From: Macrostomum lignano
Taxonomy: Eukaryota
Reading direction: 5' to 3'
DNA: 64,000 nucleotides
Assembly (NCBI GenBank): GCA_002269645.1
Contig: NIVC01002706.1
Location: 62,001-126,000 of the forward strand
Notes under the pieces: model-generated
Seen by the model: the letters and a program-made list of their open reading frames with translations, nothing else
Told to the model about the DNA's origin: nothing
The model's database searches: none
Part shown: one piece after another, positions 26,001 to 37,204 of the stretch
Layout: the number at the start of each line of letters is the position of its first letter
Position numbering within the stretch: the first letter of the stretch is position 1
Made by a program: the position numbers and the translations under genes

Positions 26001-29000
26001 ATCGCCTCATTTAGCTCCCAATGGGTTGGGGATCCGCAAGAGAGGGTGGGAACTAGGAGAGAGAGATGGGAAAAGTGGGGACGGCAGAGGCAGCTGCTGG
26101 GAATTAAGAGTTGCAGCAAGAGGACGCTTTGAGACCACTTGTCGCAGATGGGGAACTCAGGACCAGACAAGCCCCCCAAGGAATTAGTCCTGAGGGCGCC
26201 GGTGCAGGGGGTTAGTCACCAATTAAGAAGCTGCTGCTGCTGCTGCTGCTGTTTGGGGAGGGAGCCGCCGAGATCGCGCGAACAGAAACTCAATTTGATG
26301 CGGTGACAGCTTAGGAGACTGGGGAATGAGGAGGGCTGCGCTGCGGGGTCACTTTTTGGGAGGGATTGGATGGAGAAGTGGAGTCCGATTTTGGGATATC
26401 GAGGGCGAGACTCAATGAGAGAATAGGAGAGGAAGTCAGAGATTAGAGGAAGAGGGGCAAACCAGATTTATTGGGAAAGATGGGAGAGGTAGAGAAGGCA
26501 TGGGTAGCTGATGGCTAGAGGGGTAGAGAAGGCATGGGTAGCTGATGGCTAGAGGGGTAGAGAAGGCATGGGTAGCTGATGGCTAGAGGGGTAGAGAAAA
26601 GGTAGATGGAGGCGGAGGGTAGAGAAGGCAAGATAGATTATGGCAGGGGTAGAGAAGGCAGGGTAGATGATGGTAGAGGGGTAGAGAAGGCAGGGTAGAT
26701 GATGGCAGAGGGGTAGAGAAGGCAGGGTAGATGATGGCAGAGGGGTAGAGAAGGCAGGGTAGATTATGGTAGAGGGGTAGAGAAGGCATGATAGATGATG
26801 GCAGAGGGGTAGAGAAGGCAGGGTAGATGATGGCAGAGGGGTAGAGAAGGCAGGGTAGATTATGGTAGAGGGGTAGAGAAGGCATGATAGATGATGGCAG
26901 AGGGGTAGAGAAGGCAGGGTAGATGATGGCAGAGGGGTAGAGAAGTCAAGGTAGGTGAGGGCAGAGGGTAGATAAGACATGACAGGCGGTGTCAAAAACA
27001 CTGATGACAAAAGATGACATCAAGCTGACACATTCCACTAGATAGAGTCAGCACAGTGAAGCAGTCAGCAATTTTGATTTAAATAAAACAGGCGGGGGCC
27101 GCCAGATGGCAGCAGATTGATAAGGGGAACAGAGCCTGTCTGTCAGTTTCCTGTCTGACAGTTTTTGTCCCGCATGCAGAGGCGACGGTGGAAGCCGCCC
27201 AAATCCGGGACTTTGCGCTCCTGCATTGCTTGGAGGGAATCAGCTGTAATCTCTCCGCTATTGCTGTGCGGCAAGAATTAGGGAAGCTGGAACGCCTGCA
27301 TCGAAATTTCTTTGCTTAAACGTCGCCTACAAGCGAAGTTACAAGAAGCTGTTGAATTTTTAACTAAAACTATTGCAACATGTTTGTCCTGATTGCTGCT
27401 TCCGCCAGCCCCGGCTCCTAATAAAGTCTCCTAGCTGTAAAGCTTTTACCTGTTCTGAAATTATTTTCTTTAAAACTGAAAGTATTAGTACAATGGTAGA
27501 ACAGTAATTGTACAATCATTCCGTGGCCTGTCTGTCGATCACTCCTCCCAGATACCCTATGCCTGTCATTTGTTCACTGCAACCCACAGCCTCAACCACA
27601 CCACAGCCTCAACCACACCACAGCCTCAACCACACCACAGCCTCAACCACACCACAGCCTCAACCACAGCCTCAACCACAGCCTCAACCACAGCCTCAAC
27701 CACAGCCTCAACCACACCACAGCCTCAACCACACCACAGCCTCAACCACACCACAGCCTCAACCACACAACAGCCTCAACCACACCACAGCCTCAACCAC
27801 ACCACAGCCTCAACCACACCACAGCCTCAACCACACCACAGCCTCAACCACACCACAGCCTCAACCACACCACAGCCTCAACCACACCACAGCCTCAACC
27901 ACACCACAGCCTCAACCACACCACAGCCTCAACCACACCACAGCCTCAACCACACCACAGCCTCAACCACACAACAGCCTCAACCACACCACAGCCTCAA
28001 CCACACCACAGCCTCAACCACACCACAGCCTCAACCACACCACAGCCTCAACCACACCACAGCCTCAACCACACCACAGCCTCAACCACACCACAGCCTC
28101 AACCACACCACAGCCTCAACCACACCACAGCCTCAACCACACCACAGCCTCAACCACACCACAGCCTCAACCACACAACAGCCTCAACCACACCACAGCC
28201 TCAACCACACCACAGCCTCAACCACACCACAGCCTCAACCACACCACAGCCTCAACCACACCACAGCCTCAACCACACCACAGCCTCAACCACACCACAG
28301 CCTCAACCACAGCCTCAACCACAGCCTCAACCACAGCCTCAACCACAGCCTCAACCACACCACAGCCTCAACCACACCACAGCCTCAACCACACCACAGC
28401 CTCAACCACACCACAGCCTCAACCACACAACAGCCTCAACCACACCACAGCCTCAACCACACCACAGCCTCAACCACACCACAGCCTCAACCACACCACA
28501 GCCTCAACCACACCACAGCCTCAACCACACCACAGCCTCAACCACACAACAGCCTCAACCACACCACAGCCTCAACCACACCACAGCCTCAACCACACCA
28601 CAGCCTCAACCACACCACAGCCTCAACCACACCACAGCCTCAACCACACAACAGCCTCAACCACACTATAGCCTCAACCATATAACGACCTCTCCTTTGT
28701 GTGCTCAGTCAGTGCAATTGTTTGAACCCTGGCTGGCAGTGGATCTCTCACTTATCTATCATTATTCATCGTTGACTTTAATAAGCCAGAAAAGCATTGT
28801 TCTCAGGGTGAACTTTGCCTTTACTCTTTAATCTGACTACAACTAGAAATTTTAAGATCGCTCCGTACTTCTATTTAGTTTAAAGAGGCGGGCTTAGTCG
28901 GCAGAACAAGGCGGCTTCGACACAGGCAGAGGCAGAGGCGGGAGCGCAAGCTGCGCGGGCGACCTCGCTGCAGGAAGTATTAATTAGTCGCAGGGTGACA

Positions 29001-32000
29001 CGGGCCTTGCCGCCTCTCTGCACCCATTTGGCCCTCTTGGCCTCCTGCTAAACTCCGTGACAGCTCCCCTTATTCCCCGTATCCCCCCTCTGACATACCT
29101 TACAGTTGGGCGTGACAGAGAGAGGCAGAGCTGCTGAGTGGCGGTGGAGCTTATCTCTGCCCCGCTAAGCGCGTAATTTTCTATTCACCAAAATTCGCAC
29201 TCTTTCCTGCTGACTCTTGCCGGCGCATCTCTACGAGCGTAGAAGCAAAATAATTGAAATTTGCATCAGCTGTTTAGTTAATAAAATTCTGGGGCAGAAT
29301 TATTTATCAGAGTCAGTTAATTGGGGCTGGATATAGTATCCTTTTTCTATTTATTCCGTATTGCCTTGGCCAATTATAGCAAATAATTCATTGCCAGAAT
29401 ATTGAAAGTAGTGAATTTTAGGCAGCTTATTATTATTAGAAAAAATAAAATAATTTCTTACTGCAATATTCAAACTAGAACCAATCTGCGAGCGAGCAGG
29501 GGGAGGCGAAAATATATTGCGAGCAGTTAGGGTTGCAGCATTCAAGCTCCAGCCAATCAGGGAGCGAGCAGGGGATGAAAATACATTGCGAGCAGTTAGG
29601 GTTGCAGAATTCAAGCTCCAGCCAATCAGCGAGCGAGCAGGGGACGAAAATATATTGCGAGCAGTTAGGGTTACAGTATTTAAGCTCCAGCCAATCAGCG
29701 AGCGAGCAGGGGACGAAAATACATTGCGAGCAGTTAGGGTGCAGCATTCAAGCTCTAGCCAATCAGCGAGCGAGCAGGGGACGAAAATATATTGCGAGCA
29801 GTTAGGGTTACAGTATTTAAGCTCCAGCCAATCAGCGAGCGAGCAGGGGACGAAAATACATTGCGAGCAGTTAGGGTGCAGCATTCAAGCTCCAGCCAAT
29901 CAGCGAGCGAGCAGGGGACAAAAATATATTGCGAGCAGTTAGGGTTACAGTATTTAAGCTCCAGCCAATTAGCGAGCGAGGAGGAAACGAAAATACATAG
30001 CGGGCAGATGCATCATTCAAGCTCCAGCCAATTAGCTCAGTGGGTTTCCCCACTCGATGGGTAGCCAATAAGCGAGCGAGTAGGGTCAGGGAAAGAGCAG
30101 ATGCTTTTAGGCTTAAACAGTCCGTTACTTCTTAGCAAAAAACTAGTCCAATTTTACAACAACAGCCCTTAACTTTCAGGCTGCCTATCTTTTATGGTCC
30201 CAACCAGTGCAGCATCGTGCGAAATCGGCAGCTACTGGAGCGAGTGCAGCCGCCGCTACCAAGGAGCTAATCTATTCGATAATTCCTACAATTTTGGCTG
30301 GAATCTGACTTTTAGCCTGAAAGACATGTGCAGGTGCGGCTAACAGGACATTATTTATGCAAAGTACAATGTACACTGTCATTATTTCAACTAAAAAATA
30401 TTTTTTAGACTGCGAAGCCATGTGAAACTGTTGAAGTGCCTGCACGACTTGATCAACCAGAGATGCGCGGAAAAGATGGACTTTCTCACCATTCAAACTG
30501 TGCTGGACTATAAAAGATACGAACGAGCGGCTGACTTCATCTGTCAGGAGGGCAACATTCAGTGTGAGTTATTTGTTAGTATTTCATGTTTCCGCACACT
30601 TTCATGATATTTCATGCGAATGCAACCAGCTCGCACCTACTTAAATACCTGTGCCAGTGTTCGGGCAGAGCATCGGCTGCCTCGAAAAGTTTCAAGAGGA
30701 GGCCAAGGCGTGCGCCAGGCTGCACTCATTCTCTAGCACCATCAAAACGGCCAACAGGGATATCGAGAGCGCGCTGAATGACCAGTCGGAGGACACGCTG
30801 GGAATTCGCACCGACAAGGCCGCCATGCTGCTCTTTATGGAGCGCAAGATCAAGCAGAAGCTCTGCTCGTGAGTGCCCGCCCACATGCTTGCTCTCTGTG
30901 GCCTCAGCCTCAACCACAGCATCAATTACACCACAGCATCAATTACACCACAGCTTCAATTACACCGCAGCCTCAACCACACTGCAGTCTCAACCACACC
31001 AAACCCTCATCCACAGCCTTAACCACAGCCTCAACAACAGCCTCAACCACAGTCTCAACCACAGCCTCAACCACAGTCTCAACCACAGTCTCAACCACAG
31101 TCTCAACCACAGCCTCAACCACAGTCTCAACCACAGCCTCAACCACAGCCTCAACCACAGCCTCAACCACAGCGTCAACCACAGCCTCATCCCCAGCCTC
31201 AACCAAAGCCTCAACCACAGCCTCCACCACAGCCTCAACCACAGCCTCAACCACAGCGTCAACCACAGCCTCATCCCCAGCCTCAACCAAAGCCTCAACC
31301 ACAGCCTCCACCACAGCCTCAACCAAACCACAGCCTCGTGAAGCTCACGTACAAATTACCTAATAAGCTTGAGACACGACAGGAAAACTTAGCCGATGCT
31401 TCCAGCAATTTAAATTCTGCTGCTCGCAAAAATTCTGACCTCAGCCGCAGCAGTTGCGACAACGGACTCAAGGATGAGCAAAGCCGGAGCAGTCGGAAAT
31501 GAGATTTCACTGCCACAGGAAACTGGACAGGATTGCCTAGGGGGGAAGTTCTTTCTTTCTGAGGAAGAAAACGACCTCATGCCGACTGTGCTCGGGAGAA
31601 GTCTCGGACTCGACTCGCTTGACCGATCTCACCCGATTCAGGGGGGCATTGGGGCAGGTCATTTCGGCTGGGCAAAGCTCCAGATAGGCTGTCCCGGCTA
31701 TTTTTTATCTCTCAGCAATGATGATGAAGCAAGTCGTTTGGCCAAGTCGAAATCGATGCCCAACCATTTGATCAGAGAGTTGCAGAGAGCCAAATTTCAC
31801 TACAAATTATTCTATCACTAATAGTCTGGTAAATTATATTATAGAAAGGAGGAAAATATCCAGACAAAAATTCTCATTTTTGATCAATCCAGCTCATATT
31901 TAAATAAAACTTATCCAGTTAAAACTCTAAACGCAAAAAAATTCACTAGTTTTTTTTTAAAGTCACCTACTTCTAGTAGAACAAAATGAGTATTGGTATC

Positions 32001-33638
32001 GGTTTTTGCGCGAGAATTGACTGAGCACGATTGTCCGCTGTGACAGTTGCCTGTTTTGCTTGGTTGGCTACTGTCTCTACAGGTAGCTAATTGTCTCTGC
32101 AAGTAGCTAATTGTCTCTGCAGGTAGCTAATTGTCTCTGCAGGTAGCTAATTGTCTCTACAGGTAGCTAATTGTCTCTGCAGGTAGCTAATTGTCTCTGC
32201 AGGTAGCTAATTGTCTCTGCAAGTAGCTAATTGTCTCCACAGGTAGCTAATTGTCTCTGCAGGTAGTTAATTGTCTCTGCAGGTAGCTAATTGTCTCTGC
32301 AGGTAGCTAATTGTCTCTGCAAGTAGCTAATTGTCTCTGCAGGTAGCTAATTGTCTCTGCAGGTAGCTAATTGTCTCTACAGGTAGCTAATTGTCTCTGC
32401 AAGTAGCTAATTGTCTCTGCAGGTAGCTAATTGTCTCTGCAGGTAGCTAATTGTCTATGCAGGTAGCTAATTGTCTCTGCAGGTAGTTAATTGTCTCTGC
32501 AGGTAGCTAATTGTCTCTGCAGGTAGCTAATTGTCTCTGCAGGTAGCTAATTGTCTCTGCAGGTAGTTAATTGTCTCTGCAGGTAGCTAATTGTCTCTGC
32601 AGGTAGCTAATTGTCTCTGCAGGTAGCTAATTGTCTCTGCAGGTAGCTAATTGTCTCTACAGGTAGCTAATTGTCTCTACAGGTAGCTAATTGTCTCTAC
32701 AGGTAGCTAATTGTCTCTGCAAGTAGCTAATTGTCTCTGCAGGTAGCTAATTGTCTCTGCAAGTAGCTAATTGTCTCTACAGGTAGCTAATTGTCTCTGC
32801 AGGTAGCTTATTGTCTCTGCAGGTAGCTAATTGTCTCTACAGGTAGTTAATTGTCTCTGCAGGTAGCTAATTGTCTCTGCAGGTAGCTAATTGTCTCTAC
32901 AGGTAGCTAATTGTCTCTGCAGGTAGCTAATTGTCTCTGCAGGTAGCTAGTTGGCACTGCAGGTAATTGGAACTGCAGGTAATTAGCACAACAGGTAATT
33001 GGCACAACAGGTAATTAGCACCGCAGGTAATTGGAGCTGCAGGTAATTAGCACTGCAGGTAATTAGCACTGCAGGTAATTAGCACAACAGGTAATTAGCA
33101 CTGCAGGTAATTGGAACTGCAGGTAATTGGAGCTGCAGGTAATTAGCACTGCAGGTAATTAGCACTGCAGGTAATTAGCACTGCAGGTAATTAGAGCTGC
33201 AGGTAATTAGCACTGCAGGTAATTAGCACTGCAGGTAATTAGCACTGCAGGTAATTAGCACTGCAGGTAATTGGATGTCAACACGCTCCCTTTTCCCGCA
33301 GAGACCGACGAAAAGTAGTCGAATGCGTTGAGCGTCTTCTACTCAACGACCGACATCTGTGCCCCAGCTCCAGCATCCGCCTAGTAACCAGATACTACTC
33401 GCTCCTGCTGCCCGACACCTGCAGCTACGTTGAGCTGTCCCCAGCCGTCGCTTCGCCGGGCGGCGGCGAAGTCGCTTCGTCATCGAGTCGATACGAAACC
33501 GGCCAGACAAACGAATACGGGGCCAGCGTCGGCCGGGTCAACCGCGGCAACGGAGCTATCGGGACAGCCAACTTCAGGTCGTCTGCTATCCTTGCAGTCA
33601 GCGCTGCTGTGGCTGCCGCAGTCAGATGCGTGTTCTAA
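16959..33638 (+). CDS. Predicted secreted, GPI-anchored cysteine-rich protein (two 6-Cys helical modules, DUF19/CPG4-like); join(16959..17061,30180..30333,30409..30563,30658..30868,33302..33638), 319 aa
   Basis: Manually spliced. Intron phases 1,2,1,2 are all mutually compatible and the total is 960 nt. All junctions are GT-AG (G|gtgaga, AG|gtgcgg, T|gtgagt, TC|gtgagt; acceptors aactttcag, ttttttag, gtgccag, ttttcccgcag). The join gives signal peptide ...LLLLLAVGCLSFMVPTSAA, 12 regularly spaced Cys and a C-terminal hydrophobic tail SSAILAVSAAVAAAVRCVF*. Exons 2-5 are well supported; the exon 1 link is inferred. Confidence 0.75.
17088..17440. repeat. 20/22-bp minisatellite
   Basis: (tcatcagtgtgcgctatgac)n, starting about 26 bp after the exon-1 donor. 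Confidence 0.92.
17562..17700. repeat. 16-bp minisatellite
   Basis: (gcgcgcttatgatagt)n. Confidence 0.88.
18505..18765. repeat. 16-bp minisatellite
   Basis: (gagagtgaaagactgg)n. Confidence 0.93.
19365..19640. repeat. 29-bp minisatellite A
   Basis: (gtcaagattagaattccgagggtcagtag)n. Confidence 0.93.
19740..20043. repeat. 29-bp minisatellite B
   Basis: (ttaggattcttagaaacagtgagctaaga)n. Confidence 0.92.
20478..21722. repeat. 30-bp minisatellite with higher-order structure
   Basis: (ggattaggattagaattccccgggctatct)n; marker tataactccccaggtgctatcaagg at 20486, 20938 and 21300. Confidence 0.95.
21742..21852. repeat. 35-bp tandem repeat, about 3 copies
   Basis: cagtgagcagccggctgaaacatcaggcacacaat at 21771 and 21806, partial at 21841. 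Confidence 0.88.
22365..23160. repeat. GACCCAG-based minisatellite with a 107-bp higher-order repeat
   Basis: gacccagat/gacccaggt subunits; gacccagacg at 22819, 22926 and 23033. Confidence 0.92.
23995..24520. repeat. ~22-bp purine-rich minisatellite
   Basis: (gagagagacagggtgagatact)n, degenerate. Confidence 0.9.
26485..26965. repeat. 32-bp purine-rich minisatellite
   Basis: (ggcagaggggtagagaaggcagggtagatgat)n. Confidence 0.92.
27582..28680. repeat. 17/12-bp minisatellite
   Basis: (ccacaccacagcctcaa)n with 12-bp ccacagcctcaa patches. Confidence 0.95.
29470..30035. repeat. 68/69-bp tandem repeat, each unit carrying AGCCAATCAG and TTAGGG
   Basis: CCAAT at 29481, 29553, 29622, 29691, 29759, 29828, 29896, 29965 and 30028. 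Confidence 0.92.
30180..30333 (+). CDS. GPI-protein gene exon 2
   Basis: cttaactttcag|GC; (G)CLSFMVPTSAASCEIGSYWSEC...NLTFSLKDMC; donor AG|gtgcgg; in-frame stop at 30170 just upstream of the acceptor. Confidence 0.8.
30409..30563 (+). CDS. GPI-protein gene exon 3
   Basis: ttttttag|A after a 75-bp intron; LRSHVKLLKCLHDLINQRC...FICQEGNIQ; donor T|gtgagt. Confidence 0.85.
30658..30868 (+). CDS. GPI-protein gene exon 4
   Basis: gtgccag|TG after a 94-bp intron; FGQSIGCLEKFQEEAKAC...KQKLC; donor TC|gtgagt. Confidence 0.85.
30900..31335. repeat. 12-bp minisatellite (same family as 27582-28680)
   Basis: (ccacagcctcaa)n, starting about 30 bp after the exon-4 donor. Confidence 0.93.
32070..33272. 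repeat. 20-bp array grading into a 16-bp array, both with a CAG|GTA core
   Basis: (gcaggtagctaattgtctct)n to ~32945, then (gcaggtaattagcact)n to ~33272. Confidence 0.96.
33302..33638 (+). CDS. GPI-protein gene exon 5 (terminal)
   Basis: Strong acceptor ctcccttttcccgcag|A; DRRKVVEC...DTCSYVELSP...RGNGA...SSAILAVSAAVAAAVRCVF-TAA(33636-33638). Confidence 0.85.
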
Positions 33639-33789
33639 CCCGGACTGCAGCTGCCTGTCCTGACTGGCATTGAGCTGAGTCAGCTGCTTCTTCTGTGCAA
33701 GCAAAGCGCCTGTGACTCCTGCATGTATTGTTTTCTTTGAATCTCGCCCAATACAACTGTGCCCTCTACAGTCATCCCACTGTTTTCCT

Positions 33790-34470
33790 CCCTCCCTACC
33801 CCCTGTCCCCTCCCTCTTTGCCCCTTGTCCCTCCCTCTCTGCCCCCTGTCCCCTCCCTCTTTGCCCCTTGTCCCTCCCTCTCTGCCCCCTGTCCCCTCCC
33901 TCTTTGCCCCTTGTCCCTCCCTCTCTGCCCCTGTCTGCCCCTGTTCCCTCCCTCTCTGTCCCCTGTCCCCTCCCTCTTTGCCCCCTGTCCCTCCCTCTCT
34001 GCCCCTGTCTGCCCTGTTCCCTCCCTCTCTGTCCCCTGTCCCTCCCTCTCTACCCCCTGTCCCCTCCCTCTTTGCCCCCTGTCCCTCCCTCTCTGCCCCT
34101 GTCTGCCCCTGTTCCCTCCCTCTCTGTCCCCTGTCCCCTCCCTCTTTGCCCCCTGTCCCTCCCTCTCTGCCCCTGTCTGCCCTGTTCCCTCCCTCTCTGT
34201 CCCCTGTCCCTCCCTCTCTACCCCCTGTCCCCTCCCTCTTTGCCCCCTGTCCCTCCCTCTCTGCCCCTGTCTGCCCCTGTTCCCTCCCTCTCTGTCCCCT
34301 GTCCCTCCCTCTCTACCCCCTGTCCCCTCCCTCTTTGCCCCCTGTCCTTCCCTCTCTACCCCCTGTCCCTCCCTCTCTGCCCCTGTCTGCCCTGTTCCCT
34401 CCCTCTCTGTTCCCTGTTCCCTCCCTCTCTGTCCCCTGTCCCTCCCTCTCTACCCCTGTCCTCCCCTTTC
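33790..34470. repeat. Pyrimidine-rich composite minisatellite
   Basis: ctgtcccctccctctttgccc and ctctctgcccctgt units. Confidence 0.92.
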
Positions 34471-34954
34471 TGTTTAAAATGTTTTCTAACAATGTGAGCC
34501 ACGTGTATTTTTTCTATCTTTGCTGTGGCTGTTTCCCTATCTTAAAGTTTTCGAATTGTTGCTTAAGAATATTTCAGTTATTAATATCCACAGGGGCCTG
34601 TAAATATCTGCATGCTTGGTTTGCGGTGTACCTTTCAATTGTACCCCTTTACTAATAGAAATTATTAATGAAGTTTGTGACGACAAGCAACCACTGAATT
34701 CTATAAAAATCAAAACCCTCTAATTTGTATGCGAGTGTGACTAATCAACTTGTAGATCCTGCTTATAGTTTGCACTTTTGTAGTCTGCTAGATGATTAGA
34801 ATTTGCGTTGAATTTTTCAATTCTAATGCCGGCACTGAGCATTTAAGCCAAGTCTAGAGCCCCTGTTCCATGCATCTTGAAGTGCGAATGCTTAGTGTGC
34901 GCACATCTGGACTGGCGTATCTATCTTGTGAAATCTGTGCACTTTTAGCTCGTG

Positions 34955-36765
34955 ATAATTCTCTCCTCTGTTCCTGATGATCCTCTCTCCCCTGTTCCTG
35001 ATGGTCCTCTCTCCCCTGTTCCTGATGATCCTCTCTCCCCTGTTCTTGATGATCCTCTCTCCTCTGTTCCTGATGATCCTCTCTCCCCTGTTCCTGATGA
35101 TCCTCTCTCCTCTGTTCCTGATGATCCTCTCTCCCCTGTTCCTGATGATCCTCTCTCCTCTGTTCCTGATGATCCTCTCTCCCCTGTTCTTGATGATCCT
35201 CTCTCCCCTGTTCCTGGTCCTCTCTCCTCTGTTCCTGATGATCCTCTCTCCCCTGTTCCTGATGATCCTCTCTCCCCTGTTCTTGATGATCCTCTCTCCT
35301 CTGTTCCTGGTCCTCTCTCCCCTGTTCCTTGTCCTCTCTCCCCTGTTCCTGATGATCCTCTCTCCCCTGTTCCTGATGATCCTCTCTCCCCTGTTCCTGA
35401 TGATCCTCTCTCCCCTGTTCCTGGTCCTCTCTCCCCTGTTCCTGGTCCTCTCTCCCCTGTTCCTGGTCCTCTCTCCCCTGTTCCTGGTCCTCTCTCCCCT
35501 GTTCCTGATGATCCTCTCTCCTCTGTTCCTGGTCCTCTCTCCCCTGTTCCTTGTCCTCTCTCCCCTGTTCCTGATGATCCTCTCTCCCCTGTTCTTGATG
35601 ATTCTCTCTCCCCTGTTCCTTGTCCTCTCTCCCCTGTTCCTGATGATCCTCTCTCCCCTGTTCCTGATGATCCTCTCTCCCCTGTTCCTGATGATCCTCT
35701 CTCCCCTGTTCCTTGTCCTCTCTCCCCTGTTCCTGATGATCCTCTCTCCCCTGTTCTTGATGATTCTCTCTCCCCTGTTCCTTGTCCTCTCTCCCCTGTT
35801 CCTGATGATCCTCTCTCCCCTGTTCCTGATGATCCTCTCTCCCCTGTTCCTGATGATCCTCTCTCCCCTGTTCCTTGTCCTCTCTCCCCTGTTCCTGATG
35901 ATCCTCTCTCCCCTGTTCCTGATGATTCTCTCTCCCCTGTTCCTTGTCCTCTCTCCCCTGTTCCTGATGATCCTCTCTCCCCTGTTCCTGATGATCCTCT
36001 CTCCCCTGTTCCTGATGATCCTCTCTCCCCTGTTCCTGATAATCCTCTCTGCCCTGTTCCTGATAATCCTCTCTCCCCTGTTCCTGATGATCCTCTCTCC
36101 CCTGTTCCTGATGATCCTCTCTCCCCTGTTCCTGATGATCCTCTCTCCCCTGTTCCTGATGATCCTCTCTCCCCTGTTCCTGATAATCCTCTCTCCCCTG
36201 TTCCTGATGATCCTCTCTCCCCTGTTCCTGATGATCCTCTCTCCCCTGTTCCTGATGATCCTCTCTCCCCTGTTCCTGGTGGTCCTCTCTCCCCTGTTCC
36301 TGATGATCCTCTCTCCCCTGTTCCTGATGATCCTCTCTCCCCTGTTCCTGATGATCCTCTCTCCCCTGTTCCTGATGATCCTCTCTCCCCTGTTCCTGAT
36401 AATCCTCTCTCCCCTGTTCCTGATGATCCTCTCTCCCCTGTTCCTGATGATCCTCTCTCCCCTGTTCCTGATGATCCTCTCTCCCCTGTTCCTGATGATC
36501 CTCTCTCCCCTGTTCCTGATGATCCTCTCTCCCCTGTTCCTGATGATCCTCTCTCCCCTGTTCCTGATGATCCTCTCTCCCCTGTTCCTGATGATCCTCT
36601 CTCTCCTGTTCCTGATGATCCTCATGATCCTCTCTCCCCTGTTCCTCATGGTCCTCTCTCCTCTGTTCCTCATGGTCCTCTCTCCTCTGTTCCTCATGGT
36701 CCTCTCTCCTCTGTTCCTCATGGTCCTCTCCCCCTTGTTTTCGATAATCTTCTCTCCCTGTTTCT
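34955..36765. repeat. 24/21-bp minisatellite
   Basis: (cctgatgatcctctctcccctgtt)n. Confidence 0.96.
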
Positions 36766-37204
36766 GTGTTATAAAGAACCCTTGTCATTTGCTTGCTCAG
36801 CTCGTACTCACGACCCTAATGGCCGTCATGAATTTATTTGAGTGGCACAGTTGACTCTCACAGAATCTGTCAGTGTGGTTAAGGGATTTGTAAAATTGTT
36901 ATAAGTATCAAAATTATACAATGTGAGATTATAATAAGTGGTAATGTTTAAATGCCTGTATCAATAAATTGAATGTCAAAGCCCTTCTACTGAGTACCAA
37001 GCATTGCTAACCGTTTTTTGCGTGGCTGAGAGCGTTTCATTAAATTGAGTTTGCTTTTCAGTGAAAACTGTTTGTTATAAATTTACTAAAATCCTACTGC
37101 TAGTAGAACAGATGCTGATACGAGCGTATCTTTTCTAGCAATAAAAATGCTTTATAATATACTTTTTTCATTTCGGTATCTAACAATTTGAAGATGATTT
37201 TGAG

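Noticed and set aside
30033-30043. A-box-like TAGCTCAGTGG
   Set aside because: No B box downstream; it lies at the decayed edge of the 69-bp array.
31474-31821. 115-aa ORF in intron 4 of the GPI-protein gene
   Set aside because: No recognisable motif; the 33302 exon completes the cysteine pattern and frame much better.
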